A stretch of 64,000 bases of DNA from Octopus vulgaris (GCA_951406725.2 OX597824.1:96224001-96288000), one strand, 5' to 3'. Counted from the stretch's first letter, positions 50,357 to 63,073 are shown. Numbers and translations: made by a program. The notes: generated from the sequence alone by a model not told the origin.

Positions 50357-51799
50357 CTTGAAGAAAAAAGAAAAAAAAGATATATATTGGAATAAGTAAC
50401 CATAAAATCCTGGATTCAAACCTTGCTATAATGTGTTTTATTTATATATATTTTCAAGTTTAAGTGCTAATCATCGCGTAATGTCTGTTGTCCGTGCTGG
50501 CATGGGTTCGACGGTTTGACTGGAGCTGGTAAACTGGAAGGCTGCACCAGACTCCAGTGTGATTTGGCACAGTTTTCTATGTCTGGATGCCCCTCCTAAT
50601 GCTGACCACTCTGAGAGTGTAATGGGTGCTTTTACATGCCACTGGCACAGATGCCATTTGCATGATACCAGTATCTGCCATGACTATGATTTTGCTCAGC
50701 TTGATGGGTCTTCTTCTCAAGCATGACATAACGGCAAGGGTCTCAGCCTTTGCCTCTGTGAGGCCCAACGCTCGAAAGGAATTCAATTTCTTTGAAAGAA
50801 TTATTACTTCTATTAGAATAATAATGGTAAGTCTGTTTCCATTCTTAATTGTCAATAATTTAGGTTGATGACAGTTTCAGATATGTTACTAATTAGTAAG
50901 GCTAGAATTTATAATAGTCACTTTACAAAAATATGATACCATTTTTGGCAGCTGGAATACCTTTTGTATGGATTAGTTTATCCCTAAAGCTAGGCAGAAG
51001 TGTAAAATATAGTATGTCTGCTTAACGTTTTTGATACCATATTTCTGCTGAAATTCATTGCTTTTGTTTCAATAATTTCACATTTCTGCCCAACTTTAGA
51101 GGGATATTAACCTATACAAAACCATCTTGAACAATATTTCAGCTGCCAAAAATGGTGTCGCATAATGAGGAATTTATCAAAACCACTTTTATTTTGTTAT
51201 GCTAGAGTTTGAAATATAAATTAACACAAAATTTTAATGGAAGATTTTAAAGATCACTTTAAGAAGGGAAATTATGTTCCAGGTGGGTTGTTCAAATTCA
51301 TCATTTGAACAACATTCTAGATATATCCATACCATCTCTATCGTGGCCATGCTCTTCAAAGATCACATACTTCACATGCACTTCTAATTTTACAGACAGT
51401 GAAGAGATGTTTAAGATCAGACTTTGTTATCAATGTGCAATGAGCCATTACAAGCATCTTTGTCCTTGCATACAGGCTTGTCCCCTGCATCTGTAATCAG
51501 CTGAGCATTTCTAATCTTGTGGGGTCGTAGGTGCTGGTGCCACATAAAACGTACCCATTCTGGTGCCAGATAAACGCATCCATGCCGGCACTGCGTAAAA
51601 GCACCCAATACACTCTGTAAAGTGTTTTGGTTTTGGGAAGGGCATCCAGCCATAGAGACCACGCCAGAACAGACATGCAGCCTGGACAGCTCTTCAGCTG
51701 GTCAGCTCTGGTCATACGGTTCAACCCATGCCAGCATGGAAAACAGATTTTAAATGATGATGATGATGATGATGACGATGAATGACTAAAATAGTACTA

Positions 51800-52030
51800 C
51801 CACCGCAAGGTCCAGTCCTCGTTGCAGCGTGGTGGCTTATATGCCTCAATGACCCTGTAAACTATTCCAGCAGAGCAAAAGCTCCTAGTAGGGCTTCTCC
51901 CGTGCTGGACAGATCAAAGGTTAGAGATCAGACCAATACAGACCTCCTCTTCCCAGAGGTAAAAATTGGTTTGTGTCGGGCTAACCACCCCAACCTAGAA
52001 AAAAAGCAGTCACAGAAGCATCGATGACAA
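51800..52030 (+). mobile_element. Probable RTE LINE 5' UTR remnant
   Basis: GTGGCTT..GCCTCAATGACCCT..GGACAGATCAAAGG..GGGCTAACCACCCC resembles RTE 5' UTRs from memory. Confidence 0.45.
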
Positions 52031-52102
52031 TGGGAGAAAAGTCATTGATAGCCTATACTCTATAGGGAACAAAGGGCTTAAACAAGTCACCTAGCAACTC
52101 AC

Positions 52103-52261
52103 CTTTTGCTTTTGGTACTCCAAGTCTGCCTTCTGTTGATCGTATTGTTGCGTCATGGCTTCTAGTTTTGTTTCTTTATTCAATTTTTCCTTCTCAATGT
52201 CTTCAATCTGCTGCTCCAAATTCAGTTTCGCTTCCTGCTTCAACTCCAGATCATGGATTTC
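52103..52261 (-). CDS. KIF16B: KIF16B exon, coiled coil
   Basis: cag|...|gtgagt; 159 nt, phase 0-0; EIHDLELKQEAKLNLEQQIE...LEYQKQK. Confidence 0.9.
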
Positions 52262-52602
52262 CTGCAAAATAAATTACATGTGCTTAAATCAATTCGGGGG
52301 TTGGTGGTGAGATTCTAGTTATCCATCCTAAAATGTAGGGCTCGGCTGACTTCTGTTCTAACTCTTATCTTACTCATACACAAATTACACTCATATCGGT
52401 TTATAGTTATGACACTTTATAAAAAAAAGGATATACCTTGATTGAGTCTGAACTGAATTATTGTAACTGGTTTCTGTCGTTGGATTGCACCTATACTGAG
52501 TAAAACCTTTGGGATAATCATTAGAGAAATTTGATCAAATTAGTCAGATTTACCAGGCTTACATTCCTTCCAGAGAGTTATCACCCCTTCTATTAGACTT
52601 AA

Positions 52603-53000
52603 TCTCTCTATATATATACAAAGCTGAAGTTGCCTGTGTATGGCAAGTTTGGTAGCCTTCAACTAACACTATCTCCTCCGAGACCCTGCGGCGCAAGTTG
52701 ACCAAAATTGAGAGTATGATAGAAGAAGGCTTGCTCTTCATTCCGTAGAAGATAAAATTCAAATCGGAACTTGTGAACACCAAAAATTATTTACATCAAA
52801 AAGGTGCTTTTTTTTTCTATGAAAATCCCTATTTTTTACGATTTTTTGACTGCTGTGTCGCCATTTTTCGGTGTATTTCAACCAGAAAAATGTTCACTTA
52901 AAGAGAATAACAAGGTACATAATGCAAAATTTTTATTTTTCAAAAATTCCAATTCTAAAGGGTTGAAACAAACCCGAGCAACGCCAGGCGATACTGGTAG
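52603..53000 (+). mobile_element. Non-autonomous Helitron-like element
   Basis: A|TC start, subterminal CCCGAGCAACGCCAGG hairpin-like motif, GTAG|T end (variant of CTAG), inserted between A and T without TSD. Confidence 0.65.
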
Positions 53001-53486
53001 TTATATGACAAAATAGTTACATCAATGTATACAAGCAAAGACATTATATCCTCGTTCACCACTTAATATGAACTGGACAGTTCTTTTACAGGGCTTAGAA
53101 AATCTGAAGGAATGCTGTAATAAGTGTATGAGTCTGAGAAGGGAATATGTTGAATAAAATCCTAATGAACTGATCCTCCTCCTGTATTTTCTTTCACCCA
53201 AAGCCAGGGACTTTTCAGCACCCACTCATGTGCCTATGTGCATGTGTGTCTTTATGTCTGTGTTTGTCCCCCACCACTTGACAACAAATGTCGGTTTGTT
53301 TACATTCCCATAAGCTAACAAACAGTTCAGCAAAAGACACCAATAGCACAAATACCAAACATTAGAAATAAGTTGGCGGGGGGGGGGGGTCAATTTGTTC
53401 AACTGAAACACTTTAAGGTAGTGCTCCAGCATGACCCCGTTCCAATAACTGAAACAAGTAAATGACAGAAGATTAATCATCCTTAC

Positions 53487-53624
53487 TTTCTCCAACAATT
53501 CCTTTGTCTTCATCAGATTGTTTCTCAGAACCGTTTCTTCTTCTGTCAGTTTCTTCAATTCATTCTCGACCTCGGTGCAGCAACTGGCTGATCTTTCAGC
53601 CAATCGTTTCGCTATTTCTTCATC
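53487..53624 (-). CDS. KIF16B: KIF16B exon, coiled coil
   Basis: tag|...|gtaagg; 138 nt, phase 0-0; DEEIAKRLAERSASCC...KELLEK. Confidence 0.9.
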
Positions 53625-54128
53625 CTACAACAACATTACAAGTTACATATTTCACATATTTAACTTCATATAAAGCCTAGAATTATTATAAATTTTGTGT
53701 CATCATTCTAGGTACATGCATGGCTGTGGAGTTAACATATCCACTTCCCAGCCACAAGGAGCTAAACACAAAGAGAATGAACAAGGACAGACAAACAGAT
53801 TAAGTCGATTATATCGACCCCAGTGCGTAACTGGTACTTATTTAATTGACCCCGAAAAGATGAAAGGCAAAGACGACCTCAGTGGAATTTGAACTCAGAA
53901 CGTAGCAACAGACGAAATACTGCAAAGCATTTTGCCTGCCGTGCTAACATTTCTGCCATCTCACTGTCTTTATGCCAGTTGGTGAGAGACGAAATGTATA
54001 TAGTGACAGAGACAGGTGTCTTATATACTTTATATATATATATATGAATAGAAATCCAAAATTAAGTAATGGAGTAGATAAAATCCAGGCTACATACTTC
54101 CTACACCTTGATCTTTGGATTTTACCTT

Positions 54129-54172
<44 letters not shown>

Positions 54173-55055
54173 GAAGTTTCTATGGCTGGATGTCCTTCTT
54201 AATGTCAACCATTTTTACAGAGTGTACTAGATACTTTTTATGTGGCCCCAACACTAGTAGGGTCACCAAGTAACAGGCAAGACAACACCCTTTTATAGAG
54301 AGCCAAGTGTATAGAGGCTAAAGTGGGAAAAGGGCCAAGAACAGGGGTCCTGCAGCATCTAAATCTATTCTTCTCTCTTACTCTTTCTCACACTCTCTGC
54401 ATCATTTACACACGTTTTCTCTCTCTTTCTCTAAAAGAAATCACTTGTGTTCAGACCTGGAGAGAGGGAGATAAGCCCTGCCAAGATTAATATTCTCAAG
54501 ACACACCACATACCATGATGATAACCATCCAACTCCATCAGTGGTGAAGGACTTCGCTACTCACTACATGTCATCTATATCCATATATACACCGTAGGAG
54601 TGGCTGTGTGGTAAGTAGCTTGCTTACCAACCACATGGTTCCAGGTTCAGTCCCACTGCGTGGCACCTTGGGCAAGCGTCTTCTACTGTAGCTTCGGGCT
54701 GACCAAAGCCTTGTGAGTGGATTTGGTAGACGGAAACTGAAAGAAGCCCGTCGTATATATGTATATAAATGTGTGTGTATGTTTGTGTATCTGTGTTTGT
54801 CCCCCCAACATTGCTTGACAACTGATGCTGGTGTGATTACGTCCCCATAACTTAGCGGTTCGGCAAAAGAGACCAATAGAATATGTACTAGGCTTACAAA
54901 GAATAAGTCCTGGGGTTGATTTGTTCGACTAAAGGCGGTGCTCCAGCATGGCCACAGTCAAATGACTGAAACAAGTAAAAGAGCAAAGACTATACCATAT
55001 ATCACTTCTTACTGACACAAATACTTCTATCACAAGAAAAACGAAAGCTTTTTAC

Positions 55056-55199
55056 CGTTTCCTTTTGCCTTTTTATTCTTTCCATTTCTTTCTCCAAATG
55101 GAATTTTTCTTTTTCTTCCAAATAATCTTTGAACTGCTTCTCAATTTCCTGACTTTTCCGTTTTAATTTCGCTTGTTCTTGTCTGACTTGTAGCTGAAC
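55056..55199 (-). CDS. KIF16B: KIF16B exon, coiled coil
   Basis: cag|...|gtaaaa; 144 nt, phase 0-0; VQLQVRQEQAKLKRKSQEIEKQFKDYLEEKEKF... Confidence 0.92.
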
Positions 55200-55743
55200 C
55201 TGTAAATTGATCATTTTAAGAAGCATTTTAACTAACTTTAATTAAATCTCTAAATGTTTGGGATTAATTGTTGTTAATAAGATTATATAATTTTTCTGGT
55301 TATTAATTTCATGTTTAGAGATTAACAATTTTCTTAATATATTTCAATCATTTTGATCTCTGATCTCTAGTTCAGTTTAATACTCTTTACACACGACAAC
55401 TGAAGATAAAACCAAGCAAAACACTGGAAATGGTCTGAAAAATTGTAGCTGGTTTTTTTTTTTAGTGTTGGGGGTTTTCTTTTGAGAAATACCACTCCAA
55501 TAAATGGGTAGTTTTAGGATCTGTTGGCATCAAAAGAGCAAAAGGCAATAACCACATTTTTAATCATTCCAATTACATCTCATTTACCATACTCTGTTGT
55601 TAGTATAATATTTTAAAATTCATTTAGGTGGCAAGTAAAGAAACCCCGTTTTGACCCTGTGCTTGAGGAGACCTACTGAGTCAAGTACATCATACCTTTG
55701 TCCAGAGCTAATAAAAACATTTATATGACTGTTAAAGACTTAC

Positions 55744-55897
55744 TTTTTTTGTTTCATCTTGAGCTTTTTCCATTTCAAGTTGGAGAGAATTCAGCTGAGA
55801 TCTCTTGACTTCCAGTTCCTTTTCAAGTTCCGATTGCTTGCAAAGACGATCCATCTCAGCTTGTCGATGTTTCTCCTCCATATTCTCAATCTCTTGT
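55744..55897 (-). CDS. KIF16B: KIF16B exon, coiled coil
   Basis: cag|...|gtaagt; 154 nt, phase 2-0; RQEIENMEEKHRQAEMDRL...AQDETKK. Confidence 0.92.
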
Positions 55898-56202
55898 CTG
55901 GAAAGAAATTTGACAAAAATTGTAAAATTGTTAAGAAGCAAGCACAAATTATTATGACGAAAAATGCTTCAGATATTTCATGCTTTGTCAGAAATGCTGG
56001 AAACTTTTGAGCAAAAATTTTTTTTCTTTATGTTTAATATTAGCTTGACATCTCTAAATCCAATAATTTCAAAAATATAACTTAACAGCTTACAAATTAG
56101 TTTTGATAAATCTAAGAAGTGCTCCTGCAATTGTTCTTTTGCATCAAAAAATACTTTCAAAAACTCTTTACGAAGAGAAAAAGCTATTCTCTGAAGTCTC
56201 AC

Positions 56203-56256
56203 CGTTTTTCTTCCAGCATTTCAATTTCTTGGCGATGAACTAAGTCAAAGTCTCCA
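56203..56256 (-). CDS. KIF16B: KIF16B exon
   Basis: cag|...|gtgaga; 54 nt, phase 2-2; SGDFDLVHRQEIEMLEEK. Confidence 0.88.
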
Positions 56257-56357
56257 CTGAATGAAGGAAATAGGAACAAGGAAGAGAAATGAATAACAAA
56301 AGCTAAGGGTTTACTTTTTAGTGTAAAAATATTTGTAGAATATTTGAGGAAATTGTT

Positions 56358-56586
56358 TTAATCCTTTCGTTACTGGATTTTTTTTTAGATGCTCTGTGTT
56401 TCTTTCAATAACTTTAAATATAACAAAGAATTTAGTAAAATAATTTAGTAATCATTAAGTTAGTGTTAGGAACATAAATTGTGACTAAAGTTTGGTGAAA
56501 GATTTTAATTCAAAACTTATGAAAATAAGACATTTGTACTACAGAACCAGAGGTGGTTTCAGCCGGGTTAGTAACGAAAGGGTTAA
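56358..56586. mobile_element. piggyBac-like MITE
   Basis: TTAA-TCCTTTCGTTACT ... AGTAACGAAAGGG-TTAA. Confidence 0.8.
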
Positions 56587-57476
56587 ATCTATTTGAGAAC
56601 TCCTTACAAGAAAGAATAAAGTTTAAATTATATAATTAAAAAATATGATAATGTATAGTAACAATTAAATACAAAAGAATTTAAATTTTCTCTTTGATGT
56701 AGTTCATAATCTTCTCATAAAGAATAACGACAATAATGAAGCAATTAATTAGCAGTTGGCAATAAGGATGGATATTTGAAACAAAATGTCTTATTTACAA
56801 AATCTCTGAGCAAAAGCACTGAATAAATAAATATATTCTAGTAAACAACATATAAAGGTTACCAATGACAATTCTATCGCAAGCATATTTTAAAAACCTC
56901 TTATCAGCAATTTCTTTTTTCTTTTCCCTGGTATTTCCCAGTAAATTCACACTAACGCAAATGTTATCTTGAAAAACAAAATATTTTGTTCATTGGGAGT
57001 TTCTACAGCTGGATGCCCTTCCTAATGCCAACCACCCGCTACACTCTCAGAGTGGTTGGCGTTAGGAAGGGCATCCAGCTGTAGAAACTCTGCCAGATCA
57101 AGATTGGAGCCTGGTGCAGCCATCTGATTCGCCAGTCCTCAGTCAAATCGTCCAACCCATGCTAGCATGGAAAGCAGACGTTAGATGATGATGATGATGA
57201 TGATGGGACTCTCCTGCAGTGAAATGGTTCCTTTACAACAGGTTTCTCCACTTAAAATTATAAGGATAATGCTATTAAGTCTATTTACATGATAGGAATT
57301 TAGAAACTTCTAGAGATTTGAAATAAATAATTTTTAATGGAAGTAGATGTAGCTTTTTGTACTTTGAGTTCCAATAATAAAAATGATTTATTTCAAATCT
57401 CTTGAAGTTTCACCATTCTTATAGCATAAACAAAATACAATTCTTGCTGGTAAGAACGAAGCTTTTAAAATTTGAA

Positions 57477-57549
57477 GGATTGCTGTGGTACAATGGTAGA
57501 ACATCTGTCATGTTTACAGAAGATATGAGTTCGAGTCCCATGGGTAGCC
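57477..57549 (+). pseudogene. tRNA-like sequence (tRNA pseudogene or isolated SINE head)
   Basis: A box TGGTACAATGG, TCTGT/ACAGA stem with 7-nt loop CATGTTT, B box GAGTTCGAGTCC; acceptor stem mismatched and U33 absent. Confidence 0.55.
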
Positions 57550-58290
57550 TTCAACTTTCCCTGCCCAAAGGGTTTTTAACTTAATATTCTACATTATCTG
57601 TAGCTGTATCTACTTCAAGTTCCACCGTCTGTCTACACTCAAAGCTGAGTAATTTTACCTTTGTTTTCCGTATCAAATAAAATTCTAAACAGAAACTATC
57701 TGGTGATCTTATCAAGATCGTTCAATGAGAATAATCTAAATTAAATTACTCAATTACAATACTTTCTTAATTTCTTTTTTTTATTGCATAACAAGCCTCT
57801 CCTAATATTTTTATGACTTCGTCATAAAAGTACTAGTGTCTACTAAAATGCAGAGCTCCGCTCATGGCTTGATAGACAACCGTTTATATTCCATCAAATG
57901 GTGTTTAAGGTTTTAAGATGTATAATGTTTATCAACCCACTCAATTTGATTTCAAATAAGGACTCTACTGGGAAAGGGCATACAATTCATGAGGGGTCAA
58001 GGCATCTGCTTGTCAGTTGAACAGTCAAAAATAACCTCTAATCCTCCCTCAAGCCACACCCCTAACACCCCAATGTACACATTGGATAATGTAATCCAGG
58101 TTAGACAAAGCCTAAACAAAAGATAAGATGGTTTTGGCTGAGATTCCATTAATCATAGGTGTGTTCAAGCAAGTCTTATCTACAGCAAACATCCAGTGTA
58201 AAAGGATTTCCATCCAATCGTATTCACAGTTATTTAATCTCCAAACTTTTAGCACAAGTAAACCAATACCATTCCAATGGCATGACAACC

Positions 58291-58526
58291 TGTTACTTTA
58301 CTACCCACAAGGGGCTACACACAGAGAGGACAAATAAGGACAGACAAACGGATTAAGTTGAGTATATCGACCCCAGTGCGTAACTGGTACTTATTTAATC
58401 GACCTCGAAAGGGATGAAAGGCAAAGTCGACCTCGGCGGAATTTGAACTCAGAACGTAGTGGCAGACGAAATACTGCTAAGCATTTTGCCTGGTGTGCTA
58501 ACGACTCTGCCAGCTCGCCGCCTTAT
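58291..58526 (-). mobile_element. SINE family B with 14-bp TSD
   Basis: ATGGCATGACAACC at 58277-58290 and 58527-58540. Confidence 0.88.
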
Positions 58527-58734
58527 ATGGCATGACAACCACTGCCTTCAAAGAGTGATTCAGAAAGCTTCTAGAAATAGCAGTTAGATCTCCCTATCGT
58601 CTTTGAAAGGGACTGATACATTACATAATACAACCCTAAATATGAAATACTCAACAGAAGAGCAGGACAATTATAACTGCAATGAATTTGGTCACAAATC
58701 TGTAAGGACAAGGCATTGAGCTAAACAACAATAG

Positions 58735-59565
58735 ATTCTCTCCCTAATTAGTTGGGCTATGACCCTCTCTGTGATTATCATCACCTGATCCAACAATTTG
58801 ATACCTTTGTAATTATTTCTATCTAAGGCATCACCTTTACCTTTGTAGCAGTTGACTATGGTGCTGCTACACCAGTCATTGGGTATGACTCCTTCGTGTA
58901 TCACCTGGTTAATTATACAGGTGACTAGACAATAGCCTACACTGCCAGATATTCTAAGCATCACAGCAGTGATTCCTGATGGGTCGGGAGCTTTCCATGT
59001 CTTCATACCCTTAATTGCTTCATCTACCAAGGTACTGTCAATTTGGATAGCTGGTCCCTCTGTTGGGTCAAAATGTGGCAGATTCCCTTTCTCCCATTCA
59101 TTCTCTTTATTGAGCAACCTTTCATAGTGGTGTCTCCAAGTCTCTCTCTTTTGCAGCATCATTAGATGCAAGTGAGCCATCATCTATGCAGACACATTTC
59201 TTTCCTATGACATCACGATTTTCTCTCACACACTGTCTTGCAATTTGAAACACCTCAAGTCTCTGGTCCTCACAACACAGAACATTGGCAAATTTCTTTT
59301 TATCTGCTTCTCTTCTTCTGGCTAAGTAAATCTGTCTTCTAGCTTCCCTTCTGATACAGTTCCCTGCTACCCCTACACTTCCAGTTCTCCCATGCCTGTT
59401 TCTTTTCCCTAATGGCCTTGTCAACTACATTGTTCCACCACCATGTCACCTTAGGTCGACAGGAGACTTTGCACCAGCCACAGATCTGTCTGTAGCCCTC
59501 AACAGGTTGTCCCGTAGGAAGCTCCAGTTGTCTTCCACATTATGAGATGCTATATCCTCCTCTTT
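58735..59565 (-). mobile_element. RTE-type LINE fragment (pre-RT and RT start), frameshifted
   Basis: WRHHYERLLN..KAPDPSGITAVML..IPNDW..YKGKGDALDRNNYKGIKLL; same family as 44306-44623. Confidence 0.9.
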
Positions 59566-59910
59566 GTATTTCTAAATACAGTTTGTCCATAAGAGATATT
59601 ATCTCCAGACAACTATTGCAGTTAATTAACCTTTTTTGTGTTGCGTCTAAATGAAGTTTGATACACAGATGACCATTTTAATCCAATACTGCTTCTGTTG
59701 TACATAAACAGATTTTTATACATCAAAGTCCACCATTATTCGCTTTCGTCAATAAGTATTATAAAAATTGCAGGCTTTTCTTTATATATTGGTTCAAGAA
59801 AAATTTTTTGTGATTCCCTATTCTGCTGCTGCTACAAATTAAATTTGTGTTTAGTTAGGAAACAGGTGTGAATAGTTGTTAGATGAAAGGTTTCAAAACA
59901 ATCAACTCAC

Positions 59911-60002
59911 CTCACACCGACAATATTAAGGCTATCTGTAGAACGGTACAAGTCATTCATTGACTGACTCAGAAGTGATGTACGGGAAAACGTTAAATTG
60001 CA
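59911..60002 (-). CDS. KIF16B: KIF16B exon, post-FHA linker
   Basis: cag|...|gtgagt; 92 nt, phase 0-2; CNLTFSRTSLLSQSMNDLYRSTDSLNIVGV (cf. KIF16B SLSMTDLSKS). Confidence 0.9.
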
Positions 60003-60919
60003 CTGGAAAGAGTACAAGAGCAAAACATGTCAAACACCAAAAAAAAAAAAAAAGAAAGAATTTTAAAATGATATATATACACACACCAACACTGGTTGTC
60101 AGACAGTAGCAGAGGACAAATAAAAAGACACACACACATATATATATATATATATGATGGCTTCCCCCTCGTTATTGAGTATGGCCATTGCACAAAGCTT
60201 AACTGTTATTGGTGCTGTGATCGAATGTGACTTTTTAGCCCAGCTAAAGATATACAATGTCTTGTACAGAATTGGCAGCTAAAGTATCTAATATATATAT
60301 ATATATGATAATAATTATTTGAGGGAATATTATTCCTAACTTACAGGGAAAAATTCAATTTAGAAATACTAGATCAAATTTCACAAAATATAATATATAT
60401 ATATATATACAAGAGACTTCCAAATGATTTGTGTCTACCAAATTCTCTCACACAGCAACAGTTGTCCTGGAGCTACAGAAGACACTTGCCCAAGGTATTG
60501 TGCAGCGGGATTGAACCTGAAACCACATGGTTGCAAAATAGGCTTCTTAATTACACTGCCATGCCTGTGCCTATCCTTAGGTGTACATTTTAAAAAATTG
60601 TAAAAATTTACAGAAAATCGGGAGGACAGAACTGAAGAAATTTCAAACCAAATGCACAAATTTAGGTCAAGCTTATTAAGTGAAAGACTATAGAAGTCAG
60701 CCAGCCAGATTATTATTCCCAATTATGGTTACCAAAGAGTGCCAATCCTGCAACCGAATTGGAAGCAACAGCAATCCAGTTCTTGCACTGCTGAGTCTAC
60801 TGGGAGAGGTTGGAAGCTTTAAAACGCTTTCTCGCTTTTTGACTTTTAGACATAATTAAGTTGTATAAAATGCTTCAATGAATCTAATTACCGTGGCTTA
60901 AAAGCAGAACTCTACTTAC

Positions 60920-61005
60920 ACTTTTTAGTTCTTCACGCATTTTTGCAGCTTCTGCAGGATGGTTGAATCGGAACATATTGGTTTTGCCAAGCAGAATTAC
61001 GGCCC
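60920..61005 (-). CDS. KIF16B: KIF16B exon, FHA end
   Basis: cag|...|gtaagt; 86 nt, phase 1-0; GAVILLGKTNMFRFNHPAEAAKMREELKS. Confidence 0.95.
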
Positions 61006-61051
61006 CTGTTTGAATTAAGGGGTAGTATATAGTTATACAGAAAAGAGTTAT

Positions 61052-61274
61052 ATATTCTGTTGTGTCTGGGGAGAGTCATTTGCTTTTTGTGCCTTATTAT
61101 GTAACACACTCACCGGTAAAATTTCCAAAATTTCCAAACTATTGAAAAAGTTGCAAGACGCAATGAAAATTTGAGGAAAATAAAAATAAGAAAAAAAAGT
61201 GTAAATTTTACTGGTGAGTGTGTTAGATTATAAGGCACAAAAAGAAAATGACTCTCCCCAGACACAACAGAATA
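61052..61274. repeat. Fold-back element with ~70-bp inverted arms
   Basis: 61052-61123 is the near-perfect reverse complement of 61203-61274; a one-arm copy lies at ~47625-47740. Confidence 0.9.
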
Positions 61275-62177
61275 TGCTTCAACACACCAACTCATATAAA
61301 GAATCTTGCAAACCAAATCCAAAAACGAAATTATATATTCAGTCCATGATAAAAATTTTCTTTAAAAATGGAACAATAACCTTAATCAGTTTTCTAATGA
61401 TCAATAAATCAATCCAGCTGTGAGGAGTGATACTGACTATTATAAATAGCACTTATGATATCAACATAAAAAAACTGGTATTCAGCAATAATATGCATAT
61501 GCAAAAAATGAATGTTATGTCTCAAGGTATAACACTGGTATTTTCTTTACTGACCACATTCAAAAAGAAAAATACATTTGACTAAATTTCACTGAATTTA
61601 GCAGTGGAATGGTAGAATAATTGACCATCCCAGACCTGGGCTCCTATGTCTAACTTTACCCCCACCTAGGCTCCTGAGCACAAAAATAAATATCTGCAGA
61701 TCAAACTCAAGAGTAACAACTGCAGGCAAACTTATGGACAGAATCGGCTGTATCTTCCTTTTCTAAATATGTTGTTCATTATTGTTTCACCTGGAATCCA
61801 GCAGAGATGATGCTTAAGCTATTTCTGCTAGAGTGGGAATACAGCATGACAGGGACAAGTTCAAAGTTGCACGTGCATGTGTGTCTGTTTTCTTTTTTTG
61901 TCTTATCTCGGCATTGCATGATAGTTATACATGAACGACACTCTTAGACAAGCAGTGTCATTCGTTTCCAGTATTCTGCAAAAATATGTCTCACTATGGG
62001 GAAACGAAATATTACCTAGCTTGGAAGCAGGTGAGGGTTAGCAACAGGAAAGGCATCCGGCCATAGAAAACCTGCTTCAATAAACTTTGTCCACTCCATA
62101 CCAGCATGGAAAAGTGGATGTTAAAAGTAAAAAAAAAAAAAAAAATGATGATGTATATTGTAAAAGCTGTAACATAC

Positions 62178-62315
62178 CTTGCGTGAGTTTGGCTGAACCT
62201 TGGATATTAGCACCGTTGATGGTACACAGGGCATTGTTGACTGGGAAGAGAGTGACCACACTGTCAGTATTTTCAATTACACAATGTTCTGCTTGCACAT
62301 CTACTCCCGCCAACA
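62178..62315 (-). CDS. KIF16B: KIF16B exon, FHA core
   Basis: tag|...|gtatgt; 138 nt, phase 1-1; VLAGVDVQAEHCVIENTDSVVTLFPVNNALCTINGANIQGSAKLTQ. Confidence 0.95.
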
Positions 62316-63073
62316 CTAGAAAATATAAGGAGACATATAAATTTCCAAACAAATCTTAATAATCAATTAAAATGGAAAAAACAAAATTGTTTGACGTCCC
62401 CACCTCCTCCACCCAAGCAAAACCGGTCACTCTAAGAATGAGCATCATTTCTTTGATCAGGAAGGAGAGTTTGACAGAAGTCAGTAAGTTCATTTGGTAT
62501 GGGAGTCTGGAGTTTGACCGTTTAGCACTCAGAATACTCCACCAAATGCAAAGCTTATTTATTCATTGTTTTGAATAAATCATGCGTTATTTTGTAGCTT
62601 TGAGACTTCAATGATGCGATTGTTTATTATTTGAATGACATTGTAGGTTAGGTGTGAGAGGCCAAATCTGGTAGGTTTTGAACATAAAAACAGGTAGGAT
62701 ATTTGAATATTTGGGCTGGATATGACCAGTTTAAATGCTAAAGAGTTAATGTTTCAGGGCCTTGCCTGTTGAGAGTGACAAAAGGTGGAAACAGTGGAAT
62801 TGTTATTTCGGTTGGGGAAAAGCAACATTAAGTTTAGACCACCTTTTCTAGATTGTTCTTGATTAACAAACAAGCAGTGCTTTCTCTAGAAAAGGTTGCC
62901 TAGTCACTCCAGAATCCTGCCAAATCTCTCCATTGGCATAATTTGGCGGAAAAAAAAAAAAATTATCAATATCTCAGGCCACCTATGAGCAAGTTTGAAA
63001 TTATATATCGTGATAAAATTTAAACAAAAAATATTACAGAAATAAAAACTAAAGAGCTATAATGTATATTCAC

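Noticed and set aside
49733-50395. Plus-strand F/L-rich ORFs (also 41806-42109, 43840-44043, 55759-56010)
   Set aside because: Antisense shadows of E/K-rich KIF16B exons.
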